From contig JBBDIK010000012.1 in the NCBI GenBank assembly GCA_040880465.1, positions 116,469-180,468 on the forward strand: a stretch of 64,000 nucleotides of DNA. Direction: 5' to 3'. This document shows positions 48,430 through 60,154 of this stretch, one piece after another. Under the pieces are notes generated by a model. The model saw nothing but the letters and a program-made list of their open reading frames with translations, was not told the DNA's origin and made no database searches. Position numbers and translations under genes: made by a program. The DNA is from Actinomycetota bacterium (GTDB lineage: Bacteria > Actinomycetota > UBA4738 > JBBDHU01). How positions within the stretch are numbered: the stretch's first letter is position 1; every line of letters begins with the position of its first letter.

Positions 48430-49191
48430 GTGGCCGACGCTTGGTTCGAGCAGTCTCGAGTCGTGACGATCCCTGCCGAGGTCCAGCCCTCCAACGTCCT
48501 GCCCCCCGGAGAACCGCAGAACACGACGCGCCGGCGGCCCATCGATCCGCTTGCCGGTCGCCTGCTTGCGGTGGCCGTGGTCGCCTACGGCGCCCTCATG
48601 ATGACGGTCGACTCGGTGGTCGCGGAACGGTGCTTGGTCGGTTTCCCGGGACGCAAGTGCCCGATGTCGATGCCTGCCCTCGTCGTGCTGCTTCACGTCC
48701 TGATCCCTTTGGGGGTCGGCTATTCGATCGCATGGCGGGACGCGGTAGCGGCTCCCGCCACTCTGGCCTGCGTCATCGGAGTGGCGATCCAGGTCGGACT
48801 CGGGATGACGCTCCTGCACACGCGAGAGGAGGTTGGATCGGACGGTGTGGCCTTGGCGTTCCTCCTCAACCTCGTCGTCTTCCCAGCCGTCGCAACCGTG
48901 GTGCTTCTCGTCCTCCGGGGTCCGACCCCAGGGATCGTCGCGGCCCTCACGCTCATCGCCGCGGGGGTAGGAGCACTCGGCGCGATGGGCATCGTCGCCT
49001 ATGCCACCCTGGCGAACGGCGAATGGATCGAATCACTCATCGTCCTGGCTGGGCAGAGAGGCGGATTCTTGGCAGGTATCGGAGCCCTCACGGGAGCTTC
49101 GCTCGGCGCGGGCCTCTACCGCGCCATCTCAGCCGTTCGATCCCGCCACGTCGCCGCAGATACACCGCGACCTACCGCAGCCAGGTCTTGA
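48430..49191 (+). CDS. polytopic membrane protein, unknown function
   Basis: Multiple hydrophobic helices (LLAVAVVAYGALMM, ALVVLLHVLIPLGVGY, LACVIGVAIQVGLGM, FLLNLVVFPAVATVVLLVL, ...). The start is uncertain; GTG 48430 is the first standard start after thiE. The 3' end overlaps the convergent GT2 gene by 20 nt. Confidence 0.45.
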   Translation: MADAWFEQSRVVTIPAEVQPSNVLPPGEPQNTTRRRPIDPLAGRLLAVAVVAYGALMMTVDSVVAERCLVGFPGRKCPMSMPALVVLLHVLIPLGVGYSIAWRDAVAAPATLACVIGVAIQVGLGMTLLHTREEVGSDGVALAFLLNLVVFPAVATVVLLVLRGPTPGIVAALTLIAAGVGALGAMGIVAYATLANGEWIESLIVLAGQRGGFLAGIGALTGASLGAGLYRAISAVRSRHVAADTPRPTAARS

Positions 49192-50221
49192 CGATGACCT
49201 TCGCGAAGTTCCAGCCGTAGCGGAGCGACTTGGGCTTCTTGGATTCGCCGCCGCGCCGCGTCAGGAACGTCACCGGTACCTCCCGCACCTTCGCGTGCAT
49301 CCGCAACGCCTCGATCAGGACCTCCGTGCTCCAGAACTGATCCTGCTCAAGCACCATCCGGTGCAGTAGGTCGGCGCGCGCCGCCCGGTAGCCGCTGGAG
49401 GGGTCGGTGATCCGCTGACCGGTCAGGATCGTCACGACCCGCGAAAAGAAGTGCACGCCGATGTGCCGGATCGTCGACTCCTTCTCGAACGCCCCCAGCA
49501 GCCGTGAGCCGTTCACGTAGTCGGCCTCGCCGTCGATGATCGGCTTGATCATCACGTCCATCTCCTCTGGTTTGTGCTGGCCGTCCGCATCCAACGTCAC
49601 GATGATCTCTGCGCCGAGCTGCAGCGCGATCTCGTACCCGACACGCAACGCCAGCCCGCCCCCGCGCCGGACCGGCAGCGACGCCGCCAGCGCTCCGTGT
49701 TCCCGCGCAACGTCCGCGGTTCCGTCGTCCGAGCAGTCGTCCACCACGATCGAGAACACCTGGTAGCCCAGTACCTCCCGAGGCATATCGTCAAGGACGA
49801 ACCCCACGTTCTCGGCTTCGTTGAAGGCCGGCGAGATCGTCGCCAGCAGCGGCTGCGGCGGCAGTTGTGCACGAACCGCGTCGACGTCGATGGTCCGCAC
49901 CCCCAGGGCCTCCACCAGCTGACGGATCGCGCGCTCGTTCGAGTCGGTGTAGGTCTGCGCCCGCCACAGCAACGCGAAGAGCACGAGGACCGCGAACAGC
50001 AGGACCCCCAACAGCCGCTCGCCGCCACCACGGCGGAAGTTGAAGAAATTGAAGACCGGGTCGAACAGCCCTGGCGAGACGGCCAGCAGGATGATCCCGA
50101 TCGCCAGGACCCAGGAGATGATCAGGTTCAAGCGGCTGATCTGGCGTCGTCGGTACCGGGGGACCGAAGTCGCGATGAGGATGAGAGCGACGAGCGCGCC
50201 GAGGATCCTGAGTGCCAGCAT
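49172..50221 (-). CDS. GT2 polyprenyl-phosphate glycosyltransferase (DPM1/GtrB-like) fused to an N-terminal small membrane (DUF2304-like) module
   Basis: The N-terminal ~110 aa has 3-4 TM helices. It is followed by a GT-A domain with ISPAFNEAENV, VVDDCSDDGT, LDADGQH and DPSSGYRA. Confidence 0.8.
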   Translation of the reverse strand: MLALRILGALVALILIATSVPRYRRRQISRLNLIISWVLAIGIILLAVSPGLFDPVFNFFNFRRGGGERLLGVLLFAVLVLFALLWRAQTYTDSNERAIRQLVEALGVRTIDVDAVRAQLPPQPLLATISPAFNEAENVGFVLDDMPREVLGYQVFSIVVDDCSDDGTADVAREHGALAASLPVRRGGGLALRVGYEIALQLGAEIIVTLDADGQHKPEEMDVMIKPIIDGEADYVNGSRLLGAFEKESTIRHIGVHFFSRVVTILTGQRITDPSSGYRAARADLLHRMVLEQDQFWSTEVLIEALRMHAKVREVPVTFLTRRGGESKKPKSLRYGWNFAKVIVKTWLR

Positions 50222-50227
50222 CCTCCG

Positions 50228-52539
<2,312 letters not shown>

Positions 52540-52574
52540 CTCGGCCGTGTCCGGCCGATCCCGAAGGGACTCTC

Positions 52575-53579
52575 CTAGATCTGCACCGTCTCGCCCGCAC
52601 CAGTAGCGATCGCACGTTCCAACACGAGCGCAGCCGCCGCCACGTCCTGGACGCCGACCCCCGTCAGATCGCACACCGTGAGCTGATCACGTGATGTTCG
52701 GCCGGGGCGCGTTCCCGCGACGACCTCGCCGAGTTCCGCGGCAGCGACCGCGTCCGCGATCACCCGATCTTCCAGCGCGTGATGCAGTTCGCCCCGTTCG
52801 GCACATTGGGGGCGCGAGTCCACCACCAGGACATCCGCGCGTCCTAGGATCTCGGTGGCGAGTTCCTGCTTGTCCGGCCCGTCCGAGCCGACCGCCGTCA
52901 CATGTGCGCTGGGCGAGAGCCAGTCCGCTTCCACCAGCGGCTCACGGCTGGCGGTGCACGTGATGACCACATCCGCGCCCTCGACCGCCTCACGCACGGT
53001 CGGCGCGACCGAGGTCCGCAGGCCGTCCGGCAAACCCGGGCGACCTACAAGGTCGTCGACGCACGCCCGCGCCTTGTCCTCGTCCCGGCCCCAGACGCGT
53101 ACCTCGCCGAACGACCGTGCCTGCACCAGCGCATCGAGTTGGTAGCGCGCCTGTGCCCCCGTCCCGACCACCGCAACGACCGACACATCCTCCGGCGCCA
53201 ACAGCGATGCGGCGAGTCCTCCCGCCGCCCCGGTCCGCAGGTCCGTGATGAACCCGTTGTCGAACATCAACGCTCGAGGCGCGCCGGTCGCCGCGTCGAA
53301 CGCGAGCACGATGCCGTCCGACGTCGCCAGCCCGAGGGCCGCGTTCCCGGGGAAGCCCGAGGCGAACTTCGCCGCGTAGATCACGCCACCGTGAAGGTAC
53401 CCGGCTTTGATGTGGATCTCGGCCGCGGCCTCGGGTACGTTCAGATGGATCACCGCAGGGAGTTCGGCCGCGCCGGACGAGTACGCCGCGAACGCGCTGC
53501 GCATCGCCTCGATACACGAGCCCATGTCTAGGGCGGAACGGATCTCTTCCTCGCGGATCAGCAGCACGGGTCGGCTCAC
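52575..53579 (-). CDS. ornithine cyclodeaminase / mu-crystallin family protein
   Basis: 335 aa from GTG 53579. Contains LTDLRTGAAGGLAA, the Rossmann motif VVGTGAQA and VTAVGSD. Confidence 0.8.
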   Translation of the reverse strand: MSRPVLLIREEEIRSALDMGSCIEAMRSAFAAYSSGAAELPAVIHLNVPEAAAEIHIKAGYLHGGVIYAAKFASGFPGNAALGLATSDGIVLAFDAATGAPRALMFDNGFITDLRTGAAGGLAASLLAPEDVSVVAVVGTGAQARYQLDALVQARSFGEVRVWGRDEDKARACVDDLVGRPGLPDGLRTSVAPTVREAVEGADVVITCTASREPLVEADWLSPSAHVTAVGSDGPDKQELATEILGRADVLVVDSRPQCAERGELHHALEDRVIADAVAAAELGEVVAGTRPGRTSRDQLTVCDLTGVGVQDVAAAALVLERAIATGAGETVQI

Positions 53580-53667
53580 GCCTGAGAGCCTACCCCGACC
53601 GGCGGTCAGTATCCGCTCTGCTAGCCTTCCGAACGGCCGCAGCCCGGCGCAGACAGGAGGTAGTGCG

Positions 53668-54801
53668 TTGCGCATCGAACCGTTCCGCATGGAGAGGACC
53701 CAGTGTCTCTGGGAGAACCTCATCGACTACAACCTCTCCGAGAGCGGAGTTTCGCCCCTCCGCGTCGAGGAACTGCTCGGTGATGAACTCAGTACCGGCG
53801 ATTTCCTGAACAGCAAACTCAGCTATTCCTGGGCGGGTGGATCGCCCGATCTGCGTGAGCGCATCGCCGACTTCTACGGCGCCGGACCCGAGAACGTTCG
53901 CGTCACCAACGGAAGCTCAGAGGCGAACTTCATGGAGTTCTGGGGGCTGCTGGAGAAGGGCGACCGGGCGGCCATCATGATCCCGAACTACCTGCAGACG
54001 TGGGGCCTCGCGCGCCACTTCACCGGCCGCGCGGACCCGTACAAGATGGTCTTGCGCAAGGAGAACGGCGTCGCGCGGTGGGCGCTAGACGTCGAGGGCC
54101 TTCACCGGGCCGTCACCAAGCGCACGAAGTTGATCCTGGTCACGAACCCGAACAATCCGACGGGCTCGGTCCTGACCGAGGACGAGATGGACGAGATCGT
54201 GCGGGTCGCCCGCAAGGTTGGTGCCTGGATCGTGAGCGACGAGGTCTACCGTGGCGCCGAACTGGCCGGCCGAACGTCGCCGACGTTCTTCGGGCGCTAC
54301 TCGCGGGTCCTGGTGACCGGCGGTTTGTCCAAGGCGTTCGGACTCCCGGGGCTGCGGATCGGCTGGATCGTCGGGCAAGCCAAGATGGTCGAGAAGCTCG
54401 AGGGCTACCACGACTATCTGACCCTCACGCTGTCCTCGCTCTCGGATCGCCTGGCGACCGTCGCGATGGAGCCGAAGCGGCGCGAGCAGCTGCTCGACCG
54501 TACGCGCGGGATCCTGCGCACGCAGTTCCCGATGTTGAAGGAGTGGATCGACGAGCGCCCCGACGTCCTCGCGTGCACGCCTCCGGACGCCGGAGCCATC
54601 GCGGTCCTCGGCTACAAGCTCCCGATCACCTCGACCAAGCTCTTCGACCGGCTGCGCGACGAGAAGTCGGTGCTGATCACGCCGGGCGCGCACTTCGGCT
54701 TGACGGGCAAGTACTTCCGGGTGGGATACGGCTACGACATGGAAACGACCCTCAAGGGCCTGGCCCTGATCGGTGATTTCATCGACGAGGTCCGCACCTG
54801 A
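53668..54801 (+). CDS. pyridoxal-phosphate-dependent aminotransferase (class I/II)
   Basis: TTG start with GGAGG 7 nt upstream. LRIEPFRMERTQ..., NPNNPTG, SDEVY and GGLSKAFGLPGLRIGW (PLP lysine). Confidence 0.85.
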   Translation: MRIEPFRMERTQCLWENLIDYNLSESGVSPLRVEELLGDELSTGDFLNSKLSYSWAGGSPDLRERIADFYGAGPENVRVTNGSSEANFMEFWGLLEKGDRAAIMIPNYLQTWGLARHFTGRADPYKMVLRKENGVARWALDVEGLHRAVTKRTKLILVTNPNNPTGSVLTEDEMDEIVRVARKVGAWIVSDEVYRGAELAGRTSPTFFGRYSRVLVTGGLSKAFGLPGLRIGWIVGQAKMVEKLEGYHDYLTLTLSSLSDRLATVAMEPKRREQLLDRTRGILRTQFPMLKEWIDERPDVLACTPPDAGAIAVLGYKLPITSTKLFDRLRDEKSVLITPGAHFGLTGKYFRVGYGYDMETTLKGLALIGDFIDEVRT

Positions 54802-55631
54802 TGCGACTGGCGCTGGACGTCGCGCAGCACCAGCTCACGTACGCCGAGGTGCTCGAGCGCGTCCGCTACGCCGAGGAGGTCGGGTTCGACGGTGCCTGGG
54901 TCTTCGACCACTTCGAGCCGCTCTATGGCGACCCGGACGGACCGTGTCTTGAGTCGTGGACGCTGCTCGGCGCGCTCGCCGCGTCGACCACCAGCATCCG
55001 CCTCGGGACGCTCGTCAGCGGCATGACCTACCGGCATCCGTCGATCCTGGCGACGGAGGCGGTTACCGTCGATCAGATCTCCGGCGGACGGCTCGAGATC
55101 GGGCTCGGTGCGTCCTGGCACGAGGACGAACACGCCGAGCTCGGCATCCCGTTCCCGGCGTTCGCGCAGCGTGCGGAGCGGCTCGAGGAGGGCATCGAGG
55201 TCATGCGCGCGTTGATGACCGAGGAGGCCGCTTCCTTCGAGGGTGAGCATTTCCAACTCGACGATGCGAACTACAACCCGAAGCCCATCCAGCAGCCTCA
55301 CCCCCCGATCTGGATCGGCGCTGAAGGCGAGAAGGTGATGCTTCCGATCGTCGCGCGGCAGGCCGACGCATGGCACACCTACGGGACCGACGAGGAGCTG
55401 GCCAAGCGATCTGCCCGTCTCGATGATCTGGCCGAGTCCTACCAGCGCGACCCTGAGTCGATCCTGCGGGCGACGGATGTCTCGATTTCCGAGGACTTCG
55501 ACGATGTCCGAAAGCGGGCGGAGTCGCTTCGCGAGCTGGGGTTCTCCTACCTGGTCGTCTCCTGGCCGACCGAGGGCTGGGACCGCGTCGAGGAGTTCGT
55601 CACCAAGGTCATGCCGGAACTCGTGGGATAG
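54801..55631 (+). CDS. LLM-class F420-dependent oxidoreductase
   Basis: 276 aa with GFDGAWVFDHF, ...RLEIGLGASWHEDEH and HPPIWIGAEG, typical of the luciferase-like family. Confidence 0.8.
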   Translation: MRLALDVAQHQLTYAEVLERVRYAEEVGFDGAWVFDHFEPLYGDPDGPCLESWTLLGALAASTTSIRLGTLVSGMTYRHPSILATEAVTVDQISGGRLEIGLGASWHEDEHAELGIPFPAFAQRAERLEEGIEVMRALMTEEAASFEGEHFQLDDANYNPKPIQQPHPPIWIGAEGEKVMLPIVARQADAWHTYGTDEELAKRSARLDDLAESYQRDPESILRATDVSISEDFDDVRKRAESLRELGFSYLVVSWPTEGWDRVEEFVTKVMPELVG

Positions 55632-55687
55632 CATCGGCTCGAGGGGCCCACGCCGGCTGGCGGGGTCCGGGGAAGGAGTGGTTCGCA

Positions 55688-55966
55688 GTGAGGTTCCTCA
55701 AGACCTTGTTCAAGCTGGCGTTCATCGCGCTGGTGATCGCCGCCATCGCCGAGGAACTGCGCAAGCCCCGCGGGCAGCGTGAGGGCTTCGGCCGCGTCGC
55801 AGGTCTGGTGCCGTACGACTTCCGGATCCCGACGCCCGACCGCTTCAAGGACCGGATGTGGAACCCCAACGACGACCGACTGATCACCGAGACCCCGTTC
55901 GGGGTCGGCTGGAGCTTGAACCTCGCCCGGTTGCGTCCGCGGCAACCGGATGTCAGCTGGAACTAG
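55688..55966 (+). CDS. small membrane-anchored protein, unknown function
   Basis: The N-terminal TM is LFKLAFIALVIAAIA. It is followed by ...PYDFRIPTPDRFKDRMWNPNDDRLITETPFGVGWSLN. Confidence 0.5.
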   Translation: MRFLKTLFKLAFIALVIAAIAEELRKPRGQREGFGRVAGLVPYDFRIPTPDRFKDRMWNPNDDRLITETPFGVGWSLNLARLRPRQPDVSWN

Positions 55967-56212
55967 CGGAAATAGGAAGAGCCGGGGGAACGGCGCTGGG
56001 GCGCCGGCACGTTCGGAAGCCGTAACTCGTTCAGGTTGGTTGTCGGCCCTGGTGTCCGGCGCCCTCGGCGCCGTACTCGCGAGGCATGGAGGAAGGGACC
56101 CATTCAGGTCGGGCCCAGCGCTCCCCGCTCACGTAACCCCAGCTCATGTCACCATCATCGGGCATGTGGAGGGGTGAGGTAAGCATGTGCGGGGCAAGAT
56201 GACCCCGACTGA

Positions 56213-56833
56213 CTAGCCCTGTTCTTCGAGCGAATCCCAACCTGGAACCAGGGTCGGGCGGTTCCACTCGGGCTTCGGACGCCAGTCCTGCCAGGTGTCG
56301 TCGAACGGTTCTGCCTTCCCCTCGATCATGTCGATCGCGCGCTTGCTCTCCGCGCGGAACCCGGCGATCTGGTCGGCGGTGAACAGGCCGCTCTCGATGG
56401 CCTCGTCCAGTTCGTGTTCGTCCTTGATGAACCAACCGCGGTGCGGCTTGATCACGATGTCCAGGACGTGGTCGATGGTGTCGAACCCGAGCGAGGTACG
56501 CCGCAGCGGCTCCTGCAGGTTCACGTACCAGCCGAGGAAGGCGCCGGAGTCGGCGTGCCAGGACATCAGGACGGCGAAGCTCGTGTCCGGCCAGGCGAAG
56601 GACAGGACCCGGCGGTTGCTCGAGTAGGCGTTGACCAGGAGCCACGGTTCGGCGGTCGGGACGTGAAGGTAGGGGCCCTTGCGGTCGGCGGCGCGCATCT
56701 TCTCGGCCTTGGGGGGGACGTAGAGCATGATGCGCTCGTCGGTGTCCTCGACCACCGTGGCAGCGCGCGCTTCCCAGATGCGCGAGTCCCACAGCTCACG
56801 GAGGACGATCGGGTCTCCAGCGGCGAACGTCAT
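56213..56833 (-). CDS. DUF402-family protein (nucleoside di/triphosphatase-like, FomD/Ntdp type)
   Basis: 206 aa from ATG 56833. ...FLGWYVNLQEPLRRTSLGFDTIDHVLDIVI...W..KDEHELDEA is typical of DUF402. Confidence 0.7.
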   Translation of the reverse strand: MTFAAGDPIVLRELWDSRIWEARAATVVEDTDERIMLYVPPKAEKMRAADRKGPYLHVPTAEPWLLVNAYSSNRRVLSFAWPDTSFAVLMSWHADSGAFLGWYVNLQEPLRRTSLGFDTIDHVLDIVIKPHRGWFIKDEHELDEAIESGLFTADQIAGFRAESKRAIDMIEGKAEPFDDTWQDWRPKPEWNRPTLVPGWDSLEEQG

Positions 56834-56925
56834 CGCGCCACTGTAGCGGGACGGACGACGCCTGGCGAGCGGGCGGCTGGAGTCCGACCTCAAGCCCGGA
56901 ACCGGGGCCTGTCGATACCTGATAG

Positions 56926-57453
56926 ATGGAAGAGCCGAAGCCAGAGGCAGCAGGTGAGCCCACCCGGCAGGCGAAGAGGAAGTCTCATCCCGTTCGTGTC
57001 GCGCTGATCACGATCGGCTGCATAGCCGTAGTTGTAATCGTTGTAATCTTCGTGGGCAATCCGACCTACGACAACAGGGAGAGTGCGCAGCGCAAGGCCG
57101 CCCAGTCGAGCCTCCGGAACGCGATGGCCGCAGCGAAGACCGTGTATGTCGAACGGGACGACTACGGCTTGGTGTCTGCGAAGACGCTGATGAAGTTGGA
57201 ACCCATTCTGACGTTTACGTCTGGGGAGTCGAAGGGCCCGCTTGAGGTGGCCTGGCGTGTCGATGATGTCGTGACGGAGGAAGCGACGTTCCCTGACACG
57301 CAGTTCAGTGCCGCGGTTCGGTCCGAGAGCGGGGAATGCATGTACATCAGCGACGCCGCCGCCCCGCCTTTCCACGGCGGAACGTTCTACGGATCCGGCG
57401 ACGTCTGTACCGCCGATGCCGCTCGCCAGGGCGCGACCAACACAACTTGGTGA
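56926..57453 (+). CDS. membrane-anchored hypothetical protein (post-TM segment weakly pilin-like)
   Basis: Basic N-terminus, then a TM (VALITIGCIAVVVIVVIFVG), then AQRKAAQSSLRNAMAAAKTVYVERDDYG.... Contains many A/T-ending codons. No prepilin cleavage motif. Confidence 0.5.
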   Translation: MEEPKPEAAGEPTRQAKRKSHPVRVALITIGCIAVVVIVVIFVGNPTYDNRESAQRKAAQSSLRNAMAAAKTVYVERDDYGLVSAKTLMKLEPILTFTSGESKGPLEVAWRVDDVVTEEATFPDTQFSAAVRSESGECMYISDAAAPPFHGGTFYGSGDVCTADAARQGATNTTW

Positions 57454-57550
57454 GTCTTGTGGAGCGTTATGTGTGATGTGGGTCACTGCGCGCTTCGGCG
57501 GAGGATGTCACCCTTGCGAGATGGATGCCGCTAGCGTACGATTCACTGAC

Positions 57551-57820
57551 ATGAAGCGTACAGATGAACCGAAAGGTGTGAGTCTCACCGAGCTCCGCGA
57601 CGACCTTGGTCGCTACGTCGACCGCGCGTCGTCGGGGGAAGAGATCACGATCACCGACCGCGGCCGGCCGGTGGCTCGGTTGTCGCCGCTGCGTGACGCC
57701 GTCGACGAGCTGATCGCTCAGGGCCGGGCGCGGCCGCCGCTGAGGCCGCGTCGTCCGGCCAGCGAACGGCCCGCACCGATCAAGGTCAAAGGCACCGTCT
57801 CGGACCTGATCCGTCGATGA
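57551..57820 (+). CDS. type II antitoxin (Phd/YefM-like)
   Basis: 89 aa. VSLTELRDDLGRYVDRASSGEEITITDRGRPVARL is the Phd/YefM N-terminal signature. ATGA overlap with the PIN toxin gene. TACGAT lies 8 nt before the ATG. Confidence 0.8.
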   Translation: MKRTDEPKGVSLTELRDDLGRYVDRASSGEEITITDRGRPVARLSPLRDAVDELIAQGRARPPLRPRRPASERPAPIKVKGTVSDLIRR

Positions 57821-58236
57821 AACTCGTGTTCGATACGTCGGCCTTGGTGAAGCTGCTCGTCGAGGAGGAGGGATCCGACGAGGCCGACGTCCTGTGGGAG
57901 CAGCCGGGTCGGCGCCATGCCAGCGCCATCGTGCTCCCGGAGGCACGATCGGCCATCCGTGCGGCGGAACGGGCTGGTCGGATCTCACGTCCCCGATCCG
58001 CCCGAGTCCGGGATGAACTCCGAACGTATTGGGACGAGGTGGTGGTCATCGGCGTGGACGATCCGATGGCTCGCAGAGCTGCCGAGATCGCCGACGGGAC
58101 CGGGCTCAAGGGCGCCGACGCGATCCACGTCGCGACGGGTCTCGCCGTCGGGGCCGAGGACACGGTCCTCGTCACCTGGGACCGGGCGATGGCCAACGCG
58201 GCGACCGAACTCGGTCTCGCCGTAGCCCCCGCGTAG
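57817..58236 (+). CDS. vapC: type II toxin VapC (PIN-domain ribonuclease)
   Basis: MKLVFDTSALVKLLVEEEGS..., ...GADAIHVATG... and ...LVTWD supply the PIN acidic residues. 139 aa. Confidence 0.85.
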   Translation: MKLVFDTSALVKLLVEEEGSDEADVLWEQPGRRHASAIVLPEARSAIRAAERAGRISRPRSARVRDELRTYWDEVVVIGVDDPMARRAAEIADGTGLKGADAIHVATGLAVGAEDTVLVTWDRAMANAATELGLAVAPA

Positions 58237-58261
58237 CCACAGCGTCCGCGCATCTGGCGCC

Positions 58262-58267
58262 TAGACT
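58262..58267 (+). promoter_or_regulatory. -10 hexamer TAGACT for a leaderless or near-leaderless transcript
   Basis: TAGACT is followed by 8 nt and then ATG 58276. Confidence 0.4.
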
Positions 58268-58275
58268 CTCCGACC

Positions 58276-59415
58276 ATGGGATACGACGCCGACGTCATCG
58301 TCATCGGGGGCGGGATCATGGGGACCGCCACTTCGTACGCGCTTGCGGTGCGTGGGGTGAAGACCATCCTGCTCGAACGGTTCCGGCTGGGGCATCTGCG
58401 GGGGAGTTCCGGAGGCCCGACCCGGATCTTCCGCCTCGCTATCGCGGAACCGCGCTACGCCCAGATGGCGGTGCCAGCCCTCGAAGCGTGGCGTTCGCTG
58501 GAGCGCGTTGCGGGGCAACCGCTCTTGGTAACGACCGGCGGACTCGACATCGGCGAGAAGACGGAGCGGGCAGCCGAGTCGTTGGAGTCGATCGGCGCTC
58601 CGTTCGAATGGCTCACCACCGCCGACGCCCGGGAGCGCTGGCCGGGGATGCGCTTCGAGGACGGCGAGGAGATCCTGTTCCATCCCGGCGCAGGGGTTTG
58701 CTACGCGGAGCGCACGGTGTTGGCCCTGGCCGGGCTAGCCACCGAACGCGGAGCCGAGATCCGCGAAGAAACGCCAGTCGCGTGGCTTGACGTCGATGCC
58801 GATGGCGTTCAGGTCTCGACCGAAGGAGGAGAAACGCTGAAGGCGCCCGTCGCGGTCGTTACCGTCGGTTCGTGGGCTGGGCCGATGCTGCGTGAGGTGG
58901 GAATCGATCTGCAGCTGACGCCGACCGTCGAACAGGTTTCGTACTTCCGGCTCGAGACGCCGTCACCGCTTCCGACCGTGATCGATTGGTCCGCGGCCGT
59001 CCCCGCATCCGAGGGGTTCCAATCCCGCGGTCCCTACGCCGTGCCCGATCCGGAGCACCCCGGGGACGTGAAGCTGGCCCTCCACATGTCCGGCCCGCCG
59101 GCCGATCCCGCCGAGGGGCCGTTCGAGGTTGATCCTGCGCGGATCGAGGAGGTCGCGGCGTGGGCGGCTCGCAGGTTCGCACCGCTCGTTGAGACCCATC
59201 CGGCGCACACATGCCTCTATACGCGAACGCCCGACCACGACTTCGTCATCGACCGCGAGGGGCCGCTGGTGATCGGCTCACCGTGCAGCGGTCACGGCTT
59301 CAAGTTCGGCCCGCTGATCGGAGAACTCCTCGCCGACCTCGCCACCGGCGCGTCGCCGACCGTCGACCTCTTCGGATTCTCGGCCTCGCGCTCAGGAGTA
59401 CGCGGCGGCCGATGA
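58276..59415 (+). CDS. monomeric sarcosine oxidase / N-methyl-L-tryptophan oxidase family flavoprotein
   Basis: DVIVIGGGIMGTATSYAL (FAD dinucleotide fold) and ...GSPCSGHGFKFGP (Cys of the covalent-FAD motif). 379 aa. Confidence 0.85.
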   Translation: MGYDADVIVIGGGIMGTATSYALAVRGVKTILLERFRLGHLRGSSGGPTRIFRLAIAEPRYAQMAVPALEAWRSLERVAGQPLLVTTGGLDIGEKTERAAESLESIGAPFEWLTTADARERWPGMRFEDGEEILFHPGAGVCYAERTVLALAGLATERGAEIREETPVAWLDVDADGVQVSTEGGETLKAPVAVVTVGSWAGPMLREVGIDLQLTPTVEQVSYFRLETPSPLPTVIDWSAAVPASEGFQSRGPYAVPDPEHPGDVKLALHMSGPPADPAEGPFEVDPARIEEVAAWAARRFAPLVETHPAHTCLYTRTPDHDFVIDREGPLVIGSPCSGHGFKFGPLIGELLADLATGASPTVDLFGFSASRSGVRGGR

Positions 59416-59494
59416 AAGGAACGCGAGCAGGCCAGCTAGGGACAGCGCGGATAGTCGTCGTACGCTCTCCTGAGATCTATTCGGGGACGGGGAA

Positions 59495-60154
59495 TTGGAC
59501 GACGAGGCGGCAAGCGTCAGCGAGATAGTCGAGCTGACCCCCAGGGAGGAGCACGTGAGACTCCTGCTTGCGCGATCACGAGTTCCCGAGACGGCCGAGA
59601 TGTACCTTGCCGCCAAAGAGATGCTTGCCGGGGGCGTGAGAGACCTGGAAGCCCTTGTCGCCCTTGAGATGCGCGAAATCATGGACAAGATGTCCTCTGC
59701 CCACGACGCCCCAAAGTCGGACGGGCTAAAGAAGCGCACCCGGGATCTTCAGGGACACTGGGCGAAGGTGCAGGCTATGTCGCCTGACTGGACCGAAGGG
59801 CAGGTTTTGAGCGGACCCCTCGCGGCATTCCTTGGCGAGACGAAAGCGTTCTTCGGAGACTTCGAGACTGAGCACCAGACCAGATCGGCACGACCCCTAG
59901 CTGTTCTGGACGCTACGGATGTTTCCGGTCTTCCAGCACCTGACCCAGTCAGAAGGCAGTTCGCTAGCGAGTGGCTCGAATTGGACTCCTATTTCAACAA
60001 CGGAGCGCACCACGTCGTTTCCAGCAGGGCGCTAGAAGCGATGGTCACGAGGCTTGAGGGCCTTCTCTTGAGACTGCTCGAAGCCCGACCAGCCGACGTG
60101 TACCCGGTCCTCGACGCATTGATCGAGCAAGGGGAGGAGGAATTCGGTGGGTAG
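59495..60154 (+). CDS. hypothetical protein (gene 1 of a lower-GC three-gene operon)
   Basis: 219-aa ORF with a TTG start (uncertain). Predicted mostly helical, and no catalytic motif recognised. Its stop overlaps the next gene's start by 8 nt (GTGGGTAG). Confidence 0.5.
   Translation: MDDEAASVSEIVELTPREEHVRLLLARSRVPETAEMYLAAKEMLAGGVRDLEALVALEMREIMDKMSSAHDAPKSDGLKKRTRDLQGHWAKVQAMSPDWTEGQVLSGPLAAFLGETKAFFGDFETEHQTRSARPLAVLDATDVSGLPAPDPVRRQFASEWLELDSYFNNGAHHVVSSRALEAMVTRLEGLLLRLLEARPADVYPVLDALIEQGEEEFGG

Noticed and set aside
55967-56212. A 245-nt stretch with no assigned gene. It contains overlapping small ORFs: plus strand 55950-56177 (75 aa), and minus strand MLTSPLHMPDDGDMSWGYVSGERWARPEW... 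(about 52 aa, 56031-56186).
   Set aside because: Neither ORF has a recognisable motif, a convincing RBS or a clearly coding-like codon bias, and they mutually overlap. I found no convincing RNA-gene signature either. The region is left unannotated. Ribo-seq or RNA-seq would be needed.
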